Part shown: in pieces, positions 13,801 through 28,477 of the stretch
Layout: each line of letters begins with the position of its first letter
Position numbering within the stretch: position 1 is the stretch's first letter
Origin: Macrostomum hystrix
Lineage: Eukaryota > Animalia > Platyhelminthes
Assembly (NCBI GenBank): GCA_950097015.1
Contig: CATNEN010000039.1
Coordinates: 18,228,001-18,292,000 of the forward strand
Reading direction: 5' to 3'
DNA: 64,000 nucleotides
Translations under genes and position numbers: made by a program
The notes under the pieces: generated by a model
Database searches by the model: none
What the model saw: the letters and a program-made list of their open reading frames with translations, nothing else
Told to the model about the DNA's origin: nothing

Positions 13801-14897
13801 ACACACAGAATCAGCAGCCTGCTGTTACACACAGAATCAGCAGCCTGCTGTTACACCAAGAATCAGCAGCCTGCTGTTACACACAGAATCAGCAGCCTGC
13901 TGTTACACACAGAATCAGCAGCCTGCTGTTACACACAGAATCAGCAGCCTGCTGTTACCACACAGAATCAGCAGCCTGCTGTACACACAGATCAGCAGCC
14001 TGCTGTTACACAACAGTAAATCAGCAGCCTGCTGTTCCAACCCCACAGGTAATCAGCAGCCTGCTGTTACACACAGAATCAGCAGCCTGCTGTTACACAC
14101 AGAATCAGCAGCCTGCTGTTACACACAGAATCAGCAGCCTGCTTGTTACACACAGAATCAGCAGCCTGCTGTTACACACAGAATCAGCAGCCTGCTGTTA
14201 CACACAGAATCAGCAATCCTGCTGTTACACACAGAATCAGCAGCCTGCTGTTACCAACACAGAATCAGACAGCCTGCTGTTACACACAGAATCAGCAGCC
14301 TGCTGTTACACACAGAATCAGCAGCCTGCTTTACACACAGAATCAGCAGCCTGCTGTTACACACAGAATCAGCAGCCTGCTGTTACACACAGAATCAGCA
14401 GCCTGCTGTTACACACAGAATCAGCAGCCTGCTGTTACACACAGAATCAGCAGCCTGCTGTTACACACAGAATCAGCAGCCTGCTGTTACACACAGAATC
14501 AGCAGCCTGCTGTTACACACAGAATCAGCAACCTGCTGTTACACACAGAATCAGCAGCCTGCTGTTTACACACAGAATCAGCAGCCTGCTGTTACACACA
14601 GAATCAGCAGCCTGCTGTTACACACAGAATCAGCAGCCTGCTGTTACACACAGAATCAGCAGCCTGCTGTTACACACAGAATCAGCAGCCTGCTGTTACA
14701 CACAGAATCAGCAGCCTGCTGTTACACACAGAATCAGCAGCCTGCTGTTACACACAGAATCAGCAGCCTGCTGTTACACACAGAATCAGCAGCCTGCTGT
14801 TACACACAGAATCAGCAGCCTGCTGTTACACACAGAATCAGCAGCCTGCTGTTACACACAGAATCAGCAGCCTGCTGTTACACATAGAATCGGCAGT
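10863..14897. repeat. Minisatellite, 26-bp unit CAGCAGCCTGCTGTTACACACAGAAT
   Basis: About 4 kb of near-perfect tandem array, with a patch of 1-bp indels around 13680-14340. Confidence 0.98.
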
Positions 14898-17108
14898 TCG
14901 TATAATTAAGAGCAGCATGAAATGGCAGATTGAATTGTAGAAATTTTCGTTAAATTTTGCCGCACAACCAGCTATTACGCCTATAGTTTCCTAAATCAAT
15001 AGTGCTGTATGATTTGATATGCCTAAATGAAGGCTTCATGTTTAGACGCATTAGACGCTAGTAATTAGCCTCAGCAGGAAAGAAAATGACGGGCAAAGAA
15101 AAGGGAAGATGAACTCTACTTAGATTTCAGATATGAATTATTATGAATAAGACCGGAGAGTATTATTGGTCATGATTGGATCGTCGTAAATTTGAAAGAT
15201 GCTAAAAATACAAAGGTACTAAATTTTGCAACCTAAAGTGTCGTATCTAAAACTAATGCATGGTTTTTAGGTTCTTGACGTACTGTGCTTCTCAGAGCAG
15301 ACTGTCTGACACAAAGAATTAAATTCTCAAGATGCTGTCAAGCGTTAAAAATAACAGAACATTTTTTCGTGCTGGTGTACTACTCAAAGTATTTTTTACT
15401 CGAGTAGGAAACTTTAAGAATCTGGTGTGTCACGTTTCAGAGTAGAAAAATCTAGAAGGCCTTCTTATTATCAGTTTTTTTCTAAATCATTTTAAGATCG
15501 GAAGGTTTTTACCTGCTTTTTTAAAGACGGGTTTCGCCTTAAAAATGACAAAAATCCGAGAAATTACCTCTTTTTGTCTTTTGCCTTTGCCGGTCCAGAC
15601 GCTATAATTGAACCAATATGTACACCGTATGGTAAATTGCGGGCAGTCTTGAAAATATTCTTCTGCGATAAGAACCCTTAGTAATAGTCTAATCTTGGGC
15701 ATTCATTATAAGAATTAGCATTAATTGAGCAAAACCGGCTCATCACAATAAAATAATGGTATCAACTGTGACTCGTTAGAAAATTCTAACATTAAAAAAA
15801 CCGCGTTCAGACAGTCATTTAAAATTTTCCACTCGATCTACCTATTAAGGTAAAAAGACCAATCGGCAAATAATTGTTTTTCGAATCTTGGCAAAATGCT
15901 CAAATTAGGTTTTTTTCGATAAATAACAAAATTTCGATTGCATTTCTGCAAGGAATATTACTATAGTCTATGCTAAATAAAAGGACTGAAATTATAAAAG
16001 CGAGTGATAAATAATATTATTTTCATGAACATGTGTGTGAAATTTACATACACAGATAATATCTGAAACTCAAAATCATTTTGCAACTTTCAAGATTGTT
16101 CCATTTTGAGATAATCAGTTTAGTTATTTATTTAAATTTATACCGGTAAACTTGTGGCATTTGGACCGAGACATCAAATTTGATTTCCGGTTGGAAGCCG
16201 TGACATTTTATTAGTTATTGACAATCTGTTATTTCATTTTAGCCTTGATTTTTATTTCATGCCAATCGTGCGTGCTTGATCTTCTCACCAAATGATGTGA
16301 ATTTTGATTTAGAAATTCCCAAAATCAATTTTAAGCTGCCATATGCATGTTGACGTTTGTCACAGGGTGCGAGGCAATACGTATGGGTGGTGATTTGTCT
16401 ATGGGGAAAATTAAAATCTGTTTTGACTTACTTTCGTGCATGCTTGATTTTATCGTGAAATTTAGTAAACTGTAAAGCAGAAATTTATTAAATCTGTTTA
16501 AAGCTGCAATTTTGACAAACTGTCACTGGTGTAAAGCAACGTGTCGGGACTCGGGTGGGGCTGTATCCATGCGACAGCTGCAGTGCATCTAGAGTAATAT
16601 GGCCTTTAAAAGAATGAGCTGCAAGGAGCACGCGTGATGAAGTTTAATAATAAATCATTATTCTGGTTCGCACTTCTAAGATTAGTTTAGAATTGTACGA
16701 ATACTGAATTATATTATCTGATTATCAGTCGTCTACTAGAATTAATCGTTCTCGGTTCAATTAATATTTCTATATGCTATCGAATTTTAGTAGCTGTCAG
16801 TGCGCGATTTACTGCTGAAATCCCATTTGGAATTAGAGCCCTACTTACTATACATAAAAATATTGAGCCTGCATGCCTTCTGAGTAAGAAGGACTGTTGG
16901 GAAATCAGCGGATGGAAACGATGCTGCGTTGCCCCAATTGGCTAAGACAGGACAGGGCGGGGGGAAATGGGAGAGAATCAAATCCGTGAAGAATAAATCA
17001 CACAGTGTATAGGACACAGCCCAAGCTGCAATCCTCAGCACCTTTGGCCGCATACAGTTTTAAATAAGTTCTCTTCAAATAAGGCCAAATAATTTACATA
17101 TCTTGCCG

Positions 17109-18137
17109 AGAATCGTACCAGGAGCGACAACTAGAATACAACCAGGAGCTACAACTAGAATCGAACCAGGAGCTACAACTAAGAATCCAACCAGGAGCTA
17201 CAACTAAGAATCCAACCAGGAGCTACAACTAAGAATCCAACCAGGAGCTACAACTAAGAATCCAACCAGGAGCTACAACTAAGAATCCAACCAGGAGCTA
17301 CAACTAGAATCGAACCAGGAGCTACAACTAGAATCGAACCAGGAGCGACAACTAGAATCGAACCAGGAGCAACAACTAGAATACAACCAGGAGCTACAAC
17401 TAGAATCGAACCAGGAGCGACAACTAGAATCGAACCAGGAGCGACAACTAGAATACAACCAGGAGCTACAACTAGAATCGAACCAGGAGCTACAACTAAG
17501 AATCCAACCAGGAGCAACAACTAGAATCGAACCAGGAGCTACAACTAGAATCGAACCAGGAGCGACAACTAGAATCGTACCAGGAGCTACAACTAGAATC
17601 GTACCAGAAGCTACAAATAGAATCGTACCAGGAGCAACAACTAGAATCGTACCAGAAGCTACAACTAGAATCGAACCAGGAGCAACAACTAGAATCGTAC
17701 CAGAAGCTACAACTAGAATCGTACCAGGAGCAACAACTAGAATCGTACCAGGAGCAACAACTAGAATCGAACCAGGAGCTACAACTAGAATCGAACCAGG
17801 AGCAACAGCTAGAATCGTACCAGGAGCTACAACTAGAATCGAACCAGAAGCTACAACTAGAATCGAACCAGGAGCTACAATTAGAATCGAACCAGAAACT
17901 ACAACTAGAATCGAACCAGGAGTTACAACTATAATCGAACCAGGAGCTACAACTAGAATCGAACCAGGAGCTACAACTAGAATCGAACCAGAAACTACAA
18001 CTAGAATCGAACCAGGAGCTACAATTAGAATCGAACCAGAAACTACAACTAGAATCGAACCAGGAGTTACAACTATAATCGAACCAGAAGCTACAACTAG
18101 AATCGAACCAGAAGCTACAACTAGAATCGAACCAGGA
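17109..18137. repeat. Minisatellite, 24-25 bp unit ACTAGAATCGAACCAGGAGCTACA
   Basis: Tandem array ending about 35 bp before the GPCR ATG. Confidence 0.97.
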
Positions 18138-18173
18138 ACTTACCATAGAAGCTACAGTTTCTTGGGCACAAAA

Positions 18174-20955
18174 ATGCACGGCTTCAAAATGGACAAGTCC
18201 GCGGTGCTGAACAGAACCCTGCTGAATCTTGACGCCGAATCTTTCGGCAGCGTCGGCGGCGACCTACCGGCCGGCTTGAAGTGGCTGCTGGGCTGCCTGT
18301 CCTCTCTGGGATTGGCGGGCAACGCACTGGTTGCTGCCACCCTGATGCGGCGCCGTTATCCGCGCTCGAAGTTCGCTTCAAGCCTCATGCTGCACCAGAC
18401 CCTGCTGGACCTAGCGGTGTCCGCATTTACTCTGGCCCTGCTGCTCAAGCCGGATCAGAATCCCAGCAACAGCTACGCTTTCGGATTGCTGCTGTGTCAC
18501 ATTGTGAGCAGCCAGTTCTTCTACTGGTGCACCGTGTTCTCTAGTGTGCAGAACCTGCTCTTCATAGCCGCGGACAGGTACTGGGCAGTGTGCCGTCCGG
18601 CCGACTACAAGATGCTGGGCACCAGGCAAGCTGCCATCTGCATCGCCGTATTGCACGGCTACTCACTGCTGGTGAACGCTGTTGACGTGTTCTCAGTGAC
18701 CTACAAAGCCAAGGAGAACCGTTGCACAGTAGAGATCAGACCAACCTGGAAGATTGTGTTCAAGGTAGGTGAAAATTAGGAAGCTTGTCGATTTTTCACC
18801 AAATTACGACCCAGTAATTTCAGCCAATTGTCATTGTCACTACTACTAATAATAATTAAATGATTGCAGCAGGGCTTTGACAATGGCACATGATTTGGTG
18901 ACAGTAGACCCGCAGTCTGCAGCCAGGAGGCAATTCTGCACATTTCTGTGACTCTTAAGCACACACTCACACAAATATCATACTCAGGTACACACTCACA
19001 CATGCCCCGACTTTCTCATCGTCAGGCAGTGTACACTCTCACTGTGCCTTGGAGGTTGGCCCTGAAGGGCGTGAATTTCACGACAAGCCCCAAAGCTTTC
19101 TCTACGCTGTTCCGCCCCAAAGGAATGGGGCCTTGTCGCGGAATCGAGCTCAAGCACTTCGGTGCGAGAGGCAGACGCGACTGTCTTAGAGTTTAGACTG
19201 TCGACACTCAATTAGAAGATCGTTCTGGGAGTGCACTGTTCTCAGAATTGACTCCACTGAACTGGTGGCTTGTCGAGTTTTCACAAAGTTACGCATCAGC
19301 CGATTGACAAAGGAAGCGTATCATGTAGAAGAACCGTCTATTCAAATCACGAGTCTGCACCGAAATCCTCAGCCTTTAATGATTTCCAGTTGCAGCAGCG
19401 TGTGATTAAGAATAAGGTGTTTGAAGGGCAGAAGGACTTCCTATTTTGGGACTAGAAATTCTTCCTTTGTCTTCATTCCGACAGTTGCTGTGTTGCTCGG
19501 CATATTAGCTGTTGAATTTTTGAGTAACAACTCTCCAATGTACTTTAGTAATTTAGCTTTGTGAGTGCACAAAGTACGACAGTGTCTGTCTAAATTAACT
19601 AGGCATCTGTTAATTAGACCCAAAACACCGTGTCTATGCATGCTTAACTGAATCTGATCACCTGTTTCACTAGGCATGACGAAGCTCGTCGTCAATATTA
19701 ATTTAAATTTGATAAAATAACTGAACTTTACGACGAAATTAATTAATAATTATACATTCTCGACCACTAAATAACAAAATAATCAGATTTATTTAGACTG
19801 TCTGTCAGACTATTAAATGTCTGACAGCCGATATGCCTGTCTGTCTCGCAGCGTCTTATTGGTTATTAATTCAAGGACAGGTCGAGGGAGATTGAGCCCA
19901 GTAACTGACCCCGAGAGGTCCTGAGTTCGAATCCGAGCTGTACATCTGGCCCTCAGATCTCCTTGTTAAAATAAGTAAAAATATGCAGTAGATATCTCAA
20001 AAATAGAAAAAAAGTAATTTTCGGTGCGTCAATTGAGGCGTCAATCCCTTTATTCTGTGATTTGTTAGGAACCGATACTTAATATCTGTATTAGGACTGC
20101 TTCCTGCTTGCCTATAGGCAGATTGATAGCTAGTAAGATGCTAATCTCACAAGTATCGAAAAGTAGTCATTTACAAAATGCTTAATCAATATTTCTTTAG
20201 CTCATCTCGCCCGATGCATGGCTTAAAGCACAAACAGTTTCTGCTCAAGTCAACATTCGACCTAAAGCCCACGAAAAATTTTTGCTTAATTTAAAAACCT
20301 CTTGTTAAAAAAACGTTTTTTTTGCGTTTGAGTTAATGTCTTAACAGAAAAACACGACGCGAACCAACGTCTACTCCAGGTGTACGGATTTATCTGGCTC
20401 TGTCTGGTTTACCTGGCGCCAGCGATTGTACTGATTTGCCTGTATTCGCGCATCGTCTGCCGACTGGGTCGTCGAGTCAGCGGCGTCGGTAGCACCGCCG
20501 GCATCAACGGTGGCGTTGGCGGCCGTCCGCGACCTCGACTAATCCAACGGGCAGCCTCGGAGCTGACAAAATCGGCCGCGGTGATTGCTTTCATATTTGT
20601 CGCGAGTTTCGGCTACGACTGTCTGCACTACCTGCTGGGGCACCTGGACCTGCTGCACTATGTGTACAACTCGCCAGCCCAGCTGATCGGTGTCTGCCTA
20701 GTGACGGTGAACTCATGCGCGAATCCCATCGTCTATTGCGCCGTCATGCGCAGCTTCCGCGCCAGACTGGCCGACTCGCTGCATTGCTGCCGGCTAAACA
20801 GCAACGCTGCAGACGGCGATGGAGAGGACGCCGATGATGTACGCGATGATCGCGTCGAGAATCGTGACAGCGATGTCAGAGAAGACCAGAATGGAAGCGA
20901 GTTGCAGCCACTTGAGCAACCAGCAGCCATGGTTTCGACTGTGGAAATTGAATGA
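18174..20955 (+). CDS. Rhodopsin-class GPCR, galanin/allatostatin-receptor-like
   Basis: Exons 18174-18764 and 20380-20955, phase 0 (aag|gtaggt ... ccag|gtg). GNALV in TM1, LLDL in TM2, ADRYWAVC, NSCANPIVY in TM7 and seven hydrophobic segments. Confidence 0.9.
18843..19179 (-). mobile_element. tRNA-derived SINE family 1 copy (GPCR intron)
   Basis: Homologous to copies at 30080-30441, 48753-49130 and 60314-60678. Confidence 0.85.
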
Positions 20956-22283
20956 CTGTTCAAAAATCAATTATGTTTGGTAAGCTGTAGAATTTGCTGA
21001 AATTTCAAAACAAAAAGTAACTTCTCAGCCTTTGTTGGAAGCTGCCATTGTTGCGGCGTCAAATTATGGAAGCAAATTTAAAAGCAGTTTTGACAAATTT
21101 CTGGAGAAGAGAGTGGGCTGCATATCTAGCTAATCATCTACGCTGTCCTTTCCATCCGGTGTTCTTGTCTGGACAATAGGGGACAATAGATTTTATACAT
21201 TCATTTGCATCGCTAGATAAAGTGCATATACAAAGAAGACATAGCACTAGATAGCCTGTGAGCTTAACAGTGTGAATTTCTATCTTTGAAGATCTCGTGA
21301 GTCTACCCACTTGCACCCTAGAGAACAGCCGCCGTAGCAGCAACAACCGACCGGGATAAATTGCTTTTTTATCTGTGACATCGATCGTTTTCCTATCCTA
21401 AAGACCATCACTGCAAAGTACTCTATTTCGCTTTCATACTCTTTAGCTCGTATCGATTACTTTCTGATGCCAGTGATGCGAAATCGGCAAAGCGTGATAG
21501 TCGAATTACCTCGGTACGCTCGTATACGCTTAAATTTTTTACAATTTTTAACTGTCATCTCAGCCAGAAATCTGCACTTTTAACTCCCGTTTTCGCCAGG
21601 ATTAATCGACCGTGACGGCCACCTGTTAACATTTGACTTCTGCTTCGAAATGGATTTTTAAGTCTATATAGCAAATCAAATTTTAACTAATTCAAATTTT
21701 CACCCCTTGCTCCCCCCCATTTGTCTGCTTGAAGCAAAGCTCTCTTGATTTTGAAATATGTGAACCGATTGCAGATAAGTACTTGATATAAAATGAGATT
21801 TTATTCTTCTATTTTTCTTGAAACCTAAAACCTGTCCAATTTTAAGATCTGTCCACATGTTAAAATATAACCAGAATTAAACGTTAAAATGCATTGCATA
21901 CACCCGAGCAGTTGTTCATTTGAATTCTTGTCAATTTGCAAGCCTATAATTCTGTGCCGTGTGACGCGGTAAACTTATGCTCTCAATTTAAACTTTTAAT
22001 CGATTCAGGTAATTTGGCAGGCATGCATTGCTTAAATTCTTCTTGACAAGCTCATTAAAAGAAGCCAAGTAGATAGATGAAAGGGCCTATCATATTTCAA
22101 CTTGAGCTAAAGATAGTGAACTATGCAAAGCGTGTAAACTGACTGGTTATTGACACAAACTTGGGATGGGGAACCTGCAAGGTGCAATGCAGGGATCTGA
22201 TTCAGTTGAAGGAATAAAATTAAGAAAATTATTCGTCAAAACGTCATTCGTAGCAAAAAAAAATTAGTTAATTTGGTACAGTT

Positions 22284-25200
22284 TCTTCAGTTCTCAGTGG
22301 CAGTTCCCATATCTTTGAGTCCTTCAGTTCTCAGTGACAGTTACCCATATCTTTGAGTCCTTCAGTTCTCAGTGACAGTTACCCATATCTTTGAGTCCTT
22401 CAGTTCTCAGTGGCAGTTACCATATCTTTGAGTCCTTCAGTTCTCAGTGACAGTTACCCATATCTTTGAGTCCTTCAGTTCTCAGTGGCAGTTACCATAT
22501 CTTTGAGTCCTTCAGTTCTCAGTGGCAGTTACCCATATCTTTGAGTCCTTCAGTTCTCAGTGGCAGTTACCCATATCTTTGAGTCCTTCAGTTCTCAGTG
22601 GCAGTTACCCATATCTTTGAGTCCTTCAGTTCTCAGTGACAGTTACCCATATCTTTGAGTCCTTCAGTTCTCAGTGACAGTTACCCATATCTTTGAGTCC
22701 TTCACTTCAGTGACAGTTACCCATATCTTTGAGTCCTTCAGTTCTCAGTGGCAGTTACCCATATCTTTGAGTCCTTCAGTTCTCAGTGGCAGTTACCCAT
22801 ATCTTTGAGTCCTTCAGTTCTCAGTGACAGTTACCCATATCTTTGAGTCCTTCAGTTCTCAGTGACAGTTACCCATATCTTTGAGTCCTTCAGTTCTCAG
22901 TGACAGTTACCCATATCTTTGAGTCCTTCAGTTCTCAGTGGCAGTTACCATATCTTTGAGTCCTTCAGTTCTCAGTGGCAGTTACCATATCTTTGAGTCC
23001 TTCAGTTCTCAGTGGCAGTTACCCATATCTTTGAGTCCTTCAGTTCTCAGTGGCAGTTACCCATATCTTTGAGTCCTTCAGTTCTCAGTGACAGTTACCC
23101 ATATCTTTGAGTCCTTCAGTTCTCAGTGACAGTTACCCATATCTTTGAGTCCTTCACTTCAGTGACAGTTACCCATATCTTTGAGTCCTTCAGTTCTCAG
23201 TGGCAGTTACCCATATCTTTGAGTCCTTCAGTTCTCAGTGGCAGTTACCCATATCTTTGAGTCCTTCAGTTCTCAGTGACAGTTACCCATATCTTTGAGT
23301 CCTTCAGTTCTCAGTGACAGTTACCCATATCTTTGAGTCCTTCAGTTCAGTGACAGTTACCCATATCTTTGAGTCCTTCAGTTCTCAGTGACAGTTACCC
23401 ATATCTTTGAGTCCTTCAGTTCTCAGTGGCAGTTACCCATATCTTTGAGTCCTTCAGTTCTCAGTGACAGTTACCCATATCTTTGAGTCCTTCAGTTCTC
23501 AGTGACAGTTACCCATATCTTTGAGTCCTTCAGTTCTCAGTGGCAGTTACCATATCTTTGAGTCCTTCAGTTCTCAGTGGCAGTTACCCATATCTTTGAG
23601 TCCTTCAGTTCTCAGTGGCAGTTACCCATATCTTTGAGTCCTTCAGTTCTCAGTGACAGTTACCCATATCTTTGAGTCCTTCAGTTCTCAGTGGCAGTTA
23701 CCCATATCTTTGAGTCCTTCAGTTCTCAGTGGCAGTTACCATATCTTTGAGTCCTTCAGTTCTCAGTGGCAGTTACCCATATCTTTGAGTCCTTCAGTTC
23801 TCAGTGGCAGTTACCCATATCTTTGAGTCCTTCAGTTCTCAGTGACAGTTACCCATATCTTTGAGTCCTTCAGTTCTCAGTGACAGTTACCCATATCTTT
23901 GAGTCCTTCAGTTCTCAGTGGCAGTTACCCATATCTTTGAGTCCTTCAGTTCTCAGTGGCAGTTACCCATATCTTTGAGTCCTTCAGTTCTCAGTGACAG
24001 TTACCCATATCTTTGAGTCCTTCAGTTCTCAGTGACAGTTACCCATATCTTTGAGTCCTTCAGTTCAGTGACAGTTACCCATATCTTTGAGTCCTTCAGT
24101 TCTCAGTGACAGTTACCCATATCTTTGAGTCCTTCAGTTCTCAGTGGCAGTTACCATATCTTTGAGTCCTTCAGTTCTCAGTGGCAGTTACCCATATCTT
24201 TGAGTCCTTCAGTTCAGTGACAGTTACCCATATCTTTGAGTCCTTCAGTTCTCAGTGACAGTTACCCATATCTTTGAGTCCTTCAGTTCTCAGTGGCAGT
24301 TACCCATATCTTTGAGTCCTTCAGTTCTCAGTGACAGTTACCCATATCTTTGAGTCCTTCAGTTCTCAGTGACAGTTACCCATATCTTTGAGTCCTTCAG
24401 TTCTCAGTGGCAGTTACCATATCTTTGAGTCCTTCAGTTCTCAGTGGCAGTTACCATATCTTTGAGTCCTTCAGTTCTCAGTGGCAGTTACCCATATCTT
24501 TGAGTCCTTCAGTTCTCAGTGACAGTTACCCATATCTTTGAGTCCTTCAGTTCTCAGTGACAGTTACCCATATCTTTGAGTCCTTCACTTCAGTGACAGT
24601 TACCCATATCTTTGAGTCCTTCAGTTCTCAGTGACAGTTACCCATATCTTTGAGTCCTTCAGTTCTCAGTGGCAGTTACCCATATCTTTGAGTCCTTCAG
24701 TTCTCAGTGACAGTTACCCATATCTTTGAGTCCTTCAGTTCTCAGTGACAGTTACCCATATCTTTGAGTCCTTCACTTCAGTGACAGTTACCCATATCTT
24801 TGAGTCCTTCAGTTCTCAGTGACAGTTACCCATATCTTTGAGTCCTTCAGTTCTCAGTGACAGTTACCCATATCTTTGAGTCCTTCAGTTCTCAGTGGCA
24901 GTTACCCATATCTTTGAGTCCTTCAGTTCTCAGTGACAGTTACCCATATCTTTGAGTCCTTCAGTTCTCAGTGACAGTTACCCATATCTTTGAGTCCTTC
25001 AGTTCTCAGTGACAGTTACCCATATCTTTGAGTCCTTCAGTTCTCAGTGACAGTTACCCATATCTTTGAGTCCTTCAGTTCAGTGACAGTTACCCATATC
25101 TTTGAGTCCTTCAGTTCTCAGTGGCAGTTACCCATATATTTGAGTCCTTCAGTTCTCAGTGACAGTTACCCATATCTTTGAGTCCTTCAGTTCTCAGTGG

Positions 25201-25308
25201 CAGTTACCCATATCTTTGAGTCCTTCAGTTCTCAGTGGCAGTTACCCATATCTTTGAGTCCTTCAGTTCTCAGTGGCAGTTACCCATATCTTTGAGTCCT
25301 TCAGTTCA
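22284..25308. repeat. Minisatellite, 38-bp unit CCTTCAGTTCTCAGTGRCAGTTACCCATATCTTTGAGT
   Basis: About 3 kb tandem array with GAC/GGC and short-deletion unit variants. Confidence 0.98.
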
Positions 25309-25719
25309 GCGACTGGTAATTATATATTAATTTTCCAGTTTGAACTATTGATGGGTTTAACTATGAAACCAAAGTGCATTTTAATTTTTTTTGTAAAAAT
25401 TGAACCTTAAACGCACTAACAAGAAATTCATTTTTTGAATACTGCACTGTGCCCACGTTCTAATCTGAAAGAGACTATCAAAGTGATTAAAGATACCAAT
25501 TAGAGTGCGATAGATGAAAAAAAGCGGTAAAAGCAGCTTTTAAGTCTGTATGCTTTATGAGCAAATTTTCTGTCAGCTAAATTTTGTAACTGTTCTCAGA
25601 CCCAGACATCTGAAATATAAGGATATGAGTCCTTTAATAAGTTTCATTTGAATTAATACTCAAAATGTTATTATTCTAAATTATTTTAAAAAGGGCTTCT
25701 AATCAACCGATTTTTTTTA

Positions 25720-26428
25720 TTCCAATCAAGTCGTGCGATTCCAATCAACTTCTCCTTCGATTCCAATCTACTGCTCGTTCGACTCCAATAAACTGCTTGT
25801 TTGATTCCAATCAACTTCTCATTCGATTCCAATCTCTACTGCTAGTTCGATTCCAATCAACGACTCGTTCGATTCCAGTATCTACTGCTAGTTTGATTCC
25901 AATTTCTATTGCTAGTTCGATTCCAATCTATTTCTCGTTCGATTCCAATCGATTTCTCGTTCGATTCCAATCGATTTCTCGTTCGATTCCAATCAACTTC
26001 TCGTTCGGTTCCAATCAACATCTCGGTCGATTCCAATCAACTTCTTGTTCGATTTCAATATACTGTTCGTTCGGTTCCAACCAACTTCTCGTTCGATTGC
26101 AATCAACTTCTCGTTCGATTCCAATCAACTTCTCGTTCGATTCCAATATACTGTTTGTTCGGTTGCAATCAACTTCTCGTTCGATTCCAATATACTGTTC
26201 GTTCCGGTTCCAATCAACTTCTCGTTCGATTGCAATCAACTTCTCGTTCGATTTCAATATACTGTTCGTTCGATTCCAATCAACTTATTGTCGATTCCAA
26301 TCTGCTGCTCGTTCGATTCCAATCTGCTGTTCGTTCGATTCCAATCTGCTGTTCGTTCGATTCCAATCTGCTGTTCGTTCGATTCCAATCTGCTGCTCGT
26401 TCGATTCCAATCTGCTGCTCGTTCGATA
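25720..26428. repeat. Degenerate minisatellite, about 22-bp unit TTCGATTCCAATCAACTTCTCG
   Basis: Tandem repeats grading from a CAACTTCTC variant to a CTGCTG variant. Confidence 0.92.
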
Positions 26429-27212
26429 TTTTCAGTTTTTCAACAGGTTTGACAGACGTACTCAAGGACACAAATGATTTACCTTGGTCGCTGACTATAA
26501 AATTTAAAAGGCTGTATACATAGACTTTTTCAGTCCATGGACTGATAGCAATGTCTACTGATATCATGAGCAAAAAATGGAACTTACTCGCATTGAAGGT
26601 CAATTATAAACTGTCAAACAAATTGACTCAGGAATCATCTCAAAAGTAGTTTAACCGATATCACTATCAGAAAGGATATTTGACACCTATCGACGTGAAA
26701 AGCCAGTGCTATATTGAAAGCCATTTGCATGCCATAAATCCTAAAGTAATAAAATATGATATATTAAATTGCCCCATTTATTGAACTTGGCTAGCATCTG
26801 TTGTCTCACACGCATTTACCTCAGCTGTTTAATCAGGACTTGGCACGCAGGCAAACTGATAGATGTTCGCCTATGGACACAAGATTGAGTCGTCATCAAA
26901 CCCCCCTCAGCCCGCAGATGCTGATGGAACGGATGTTAAAGTAAAGTCAACAGCGCTCCTCGCATGCGCGCCTCAAAGGGACTTTAGAGAGGCCGACGCA
27001 CTGAAATCTGACACTCTCTGTTGTTTATAACCCGGCATATCTATCAGAGCCGTCTCATCTTTGCGAGTTAAAAATATTTTGCGCTGAAAGCAGGATTTGA
27101 GACTTGTTTCCTTTGCTCGAGATAGTTTTCACTATTTTGATCAACAAATTCGAGCAACAAAAGACATAGACCAAAAACAATAGAGAAAAATTAGCTTATT
27201 ATAATTTGCTTA

Positions 27213-27476
27213 TCAATAATAATAATAATAATTGAAGGAGGGCTGCGGGCAATGGCACACCATTTGGTGACACTAGACCTGCAGCCAGCGAGGAGGCAAT
27301 TCTGCCAATTTGGCTGACTCCTGAGATACCGTACGCATGCCATACTCACACAGGTGTGTACATCTGCCCTGACTTTCTCATCGTCAGGCAGTGTAAACTT
27401 TCACTGCTGGCTCTATAAATTGCACGACAAGCCCCCAAGACTTCTCTTAGCGGCTTCGCCTTAAATGAATGTGGTA
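27213..27476 (-). mobile_element. SINE family 1, 5'-truncated copy
   Basis: (AAT)n tail followed by GGAGGGCTGCGGGCAATGGCAC body homology. Confidence 0.8.
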
Positions 27477-28477
27477 TTATTTGTTAGTTTTTTTCCTAAT
27501 TTATTTGAAAATCAATACATTTCGAAAATTTTACTTATTTCAATAAAACATCTAACCAAAAAAATGTAACACTTTCCATGAAAACCCGTTAACCCGGAAG
27601 TTTTGTTTTTCTCCATACTTCTAGGCAGTATAAATGCGTATTGAAATAAAAATACCATCCTTCAGAGAAATTTATCATCTGACCAAAATATCCAACCGGA
27701 AGAAGGCATTACTGGAGATACCGCTAGGCAGGACATTAACCGTTCATTTTTATGAATTATTTGTACTTTTGTTTATGTAATAATTCGATGCTCTTCGCTA
27801 TCATAAATCAATCAATAATGCACTCTAATATCCAATGGCGATGAGGTTTCTGTGGTTGATTGCCCGCCTCATCGCCTTTATTTTCGAGGCGGATTCGACT
27901 GTTGGGTCTTAAAATTTTACAACCGAGTCTTTAGTGACAATGCTATCAAATTAATTTTTTAGACTACTCAAGATGGACTTACCAAATATTTACAAAGGTG
28001 GATGTTGAACTTAATTTATTATAATTTGAGCTAGATTTCATTTAGTGCTCAGGGCCATTAAGAAGTGATTATCGTGTCAGCACCTTTTAGGAAGCATAAT
28101 TATCTAATTAGAGCTAAAAATAGACTGGTCAGCATGAATTAAGAAAAAATAGTTATCATGCACATGAACTCAACTACTCAACTAACTACTCAACTAACTA
28201 CTCAACATAAGTAGAAAGTTTAGTTTTGAGCTCGCAATATTCAGGAAATTCTTATACTGAGGCTAATAGCTCTGGCCAGTCTCTTTGCATTGCTCAGAAT
28301 GCCAAAAATCAGTCATAGGACTAGTAGCTAGTAGTAGGCAACAATTTGATTACAAGTAATTTAAAACAAAGAAACACAAATTTCTAATGAAATGCTTCAC
28401 TATATTATTTTAAATTCGTTTTAGTCATATTTGTTTATCTGCATTGTAATTAGGTACATACAAAAGCATAAAGCTTT

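Noticed and set aside
13680-14340. Patch of divergent units in the 26-bp array
   Set aside because: Scattered non-recurrent single-base indels look like uncorrected long-read error.
14143-18179. Long ORFs in the 26-bp and 24-bp arrays (also 25797-26523, 31246-31555, 55703-56028, 57599-58141)
   Set aside because: They are translations of tandem repeats, open in several frames or strands, with no splice or domain support.
19875-19950. tRNA-like sequence with GTTCGAATCC, and the SINE heads elsewhere
   Set aside because: No complete cloverleaf or acceptor stem; best read as SINE-derived, not tRNA genes.
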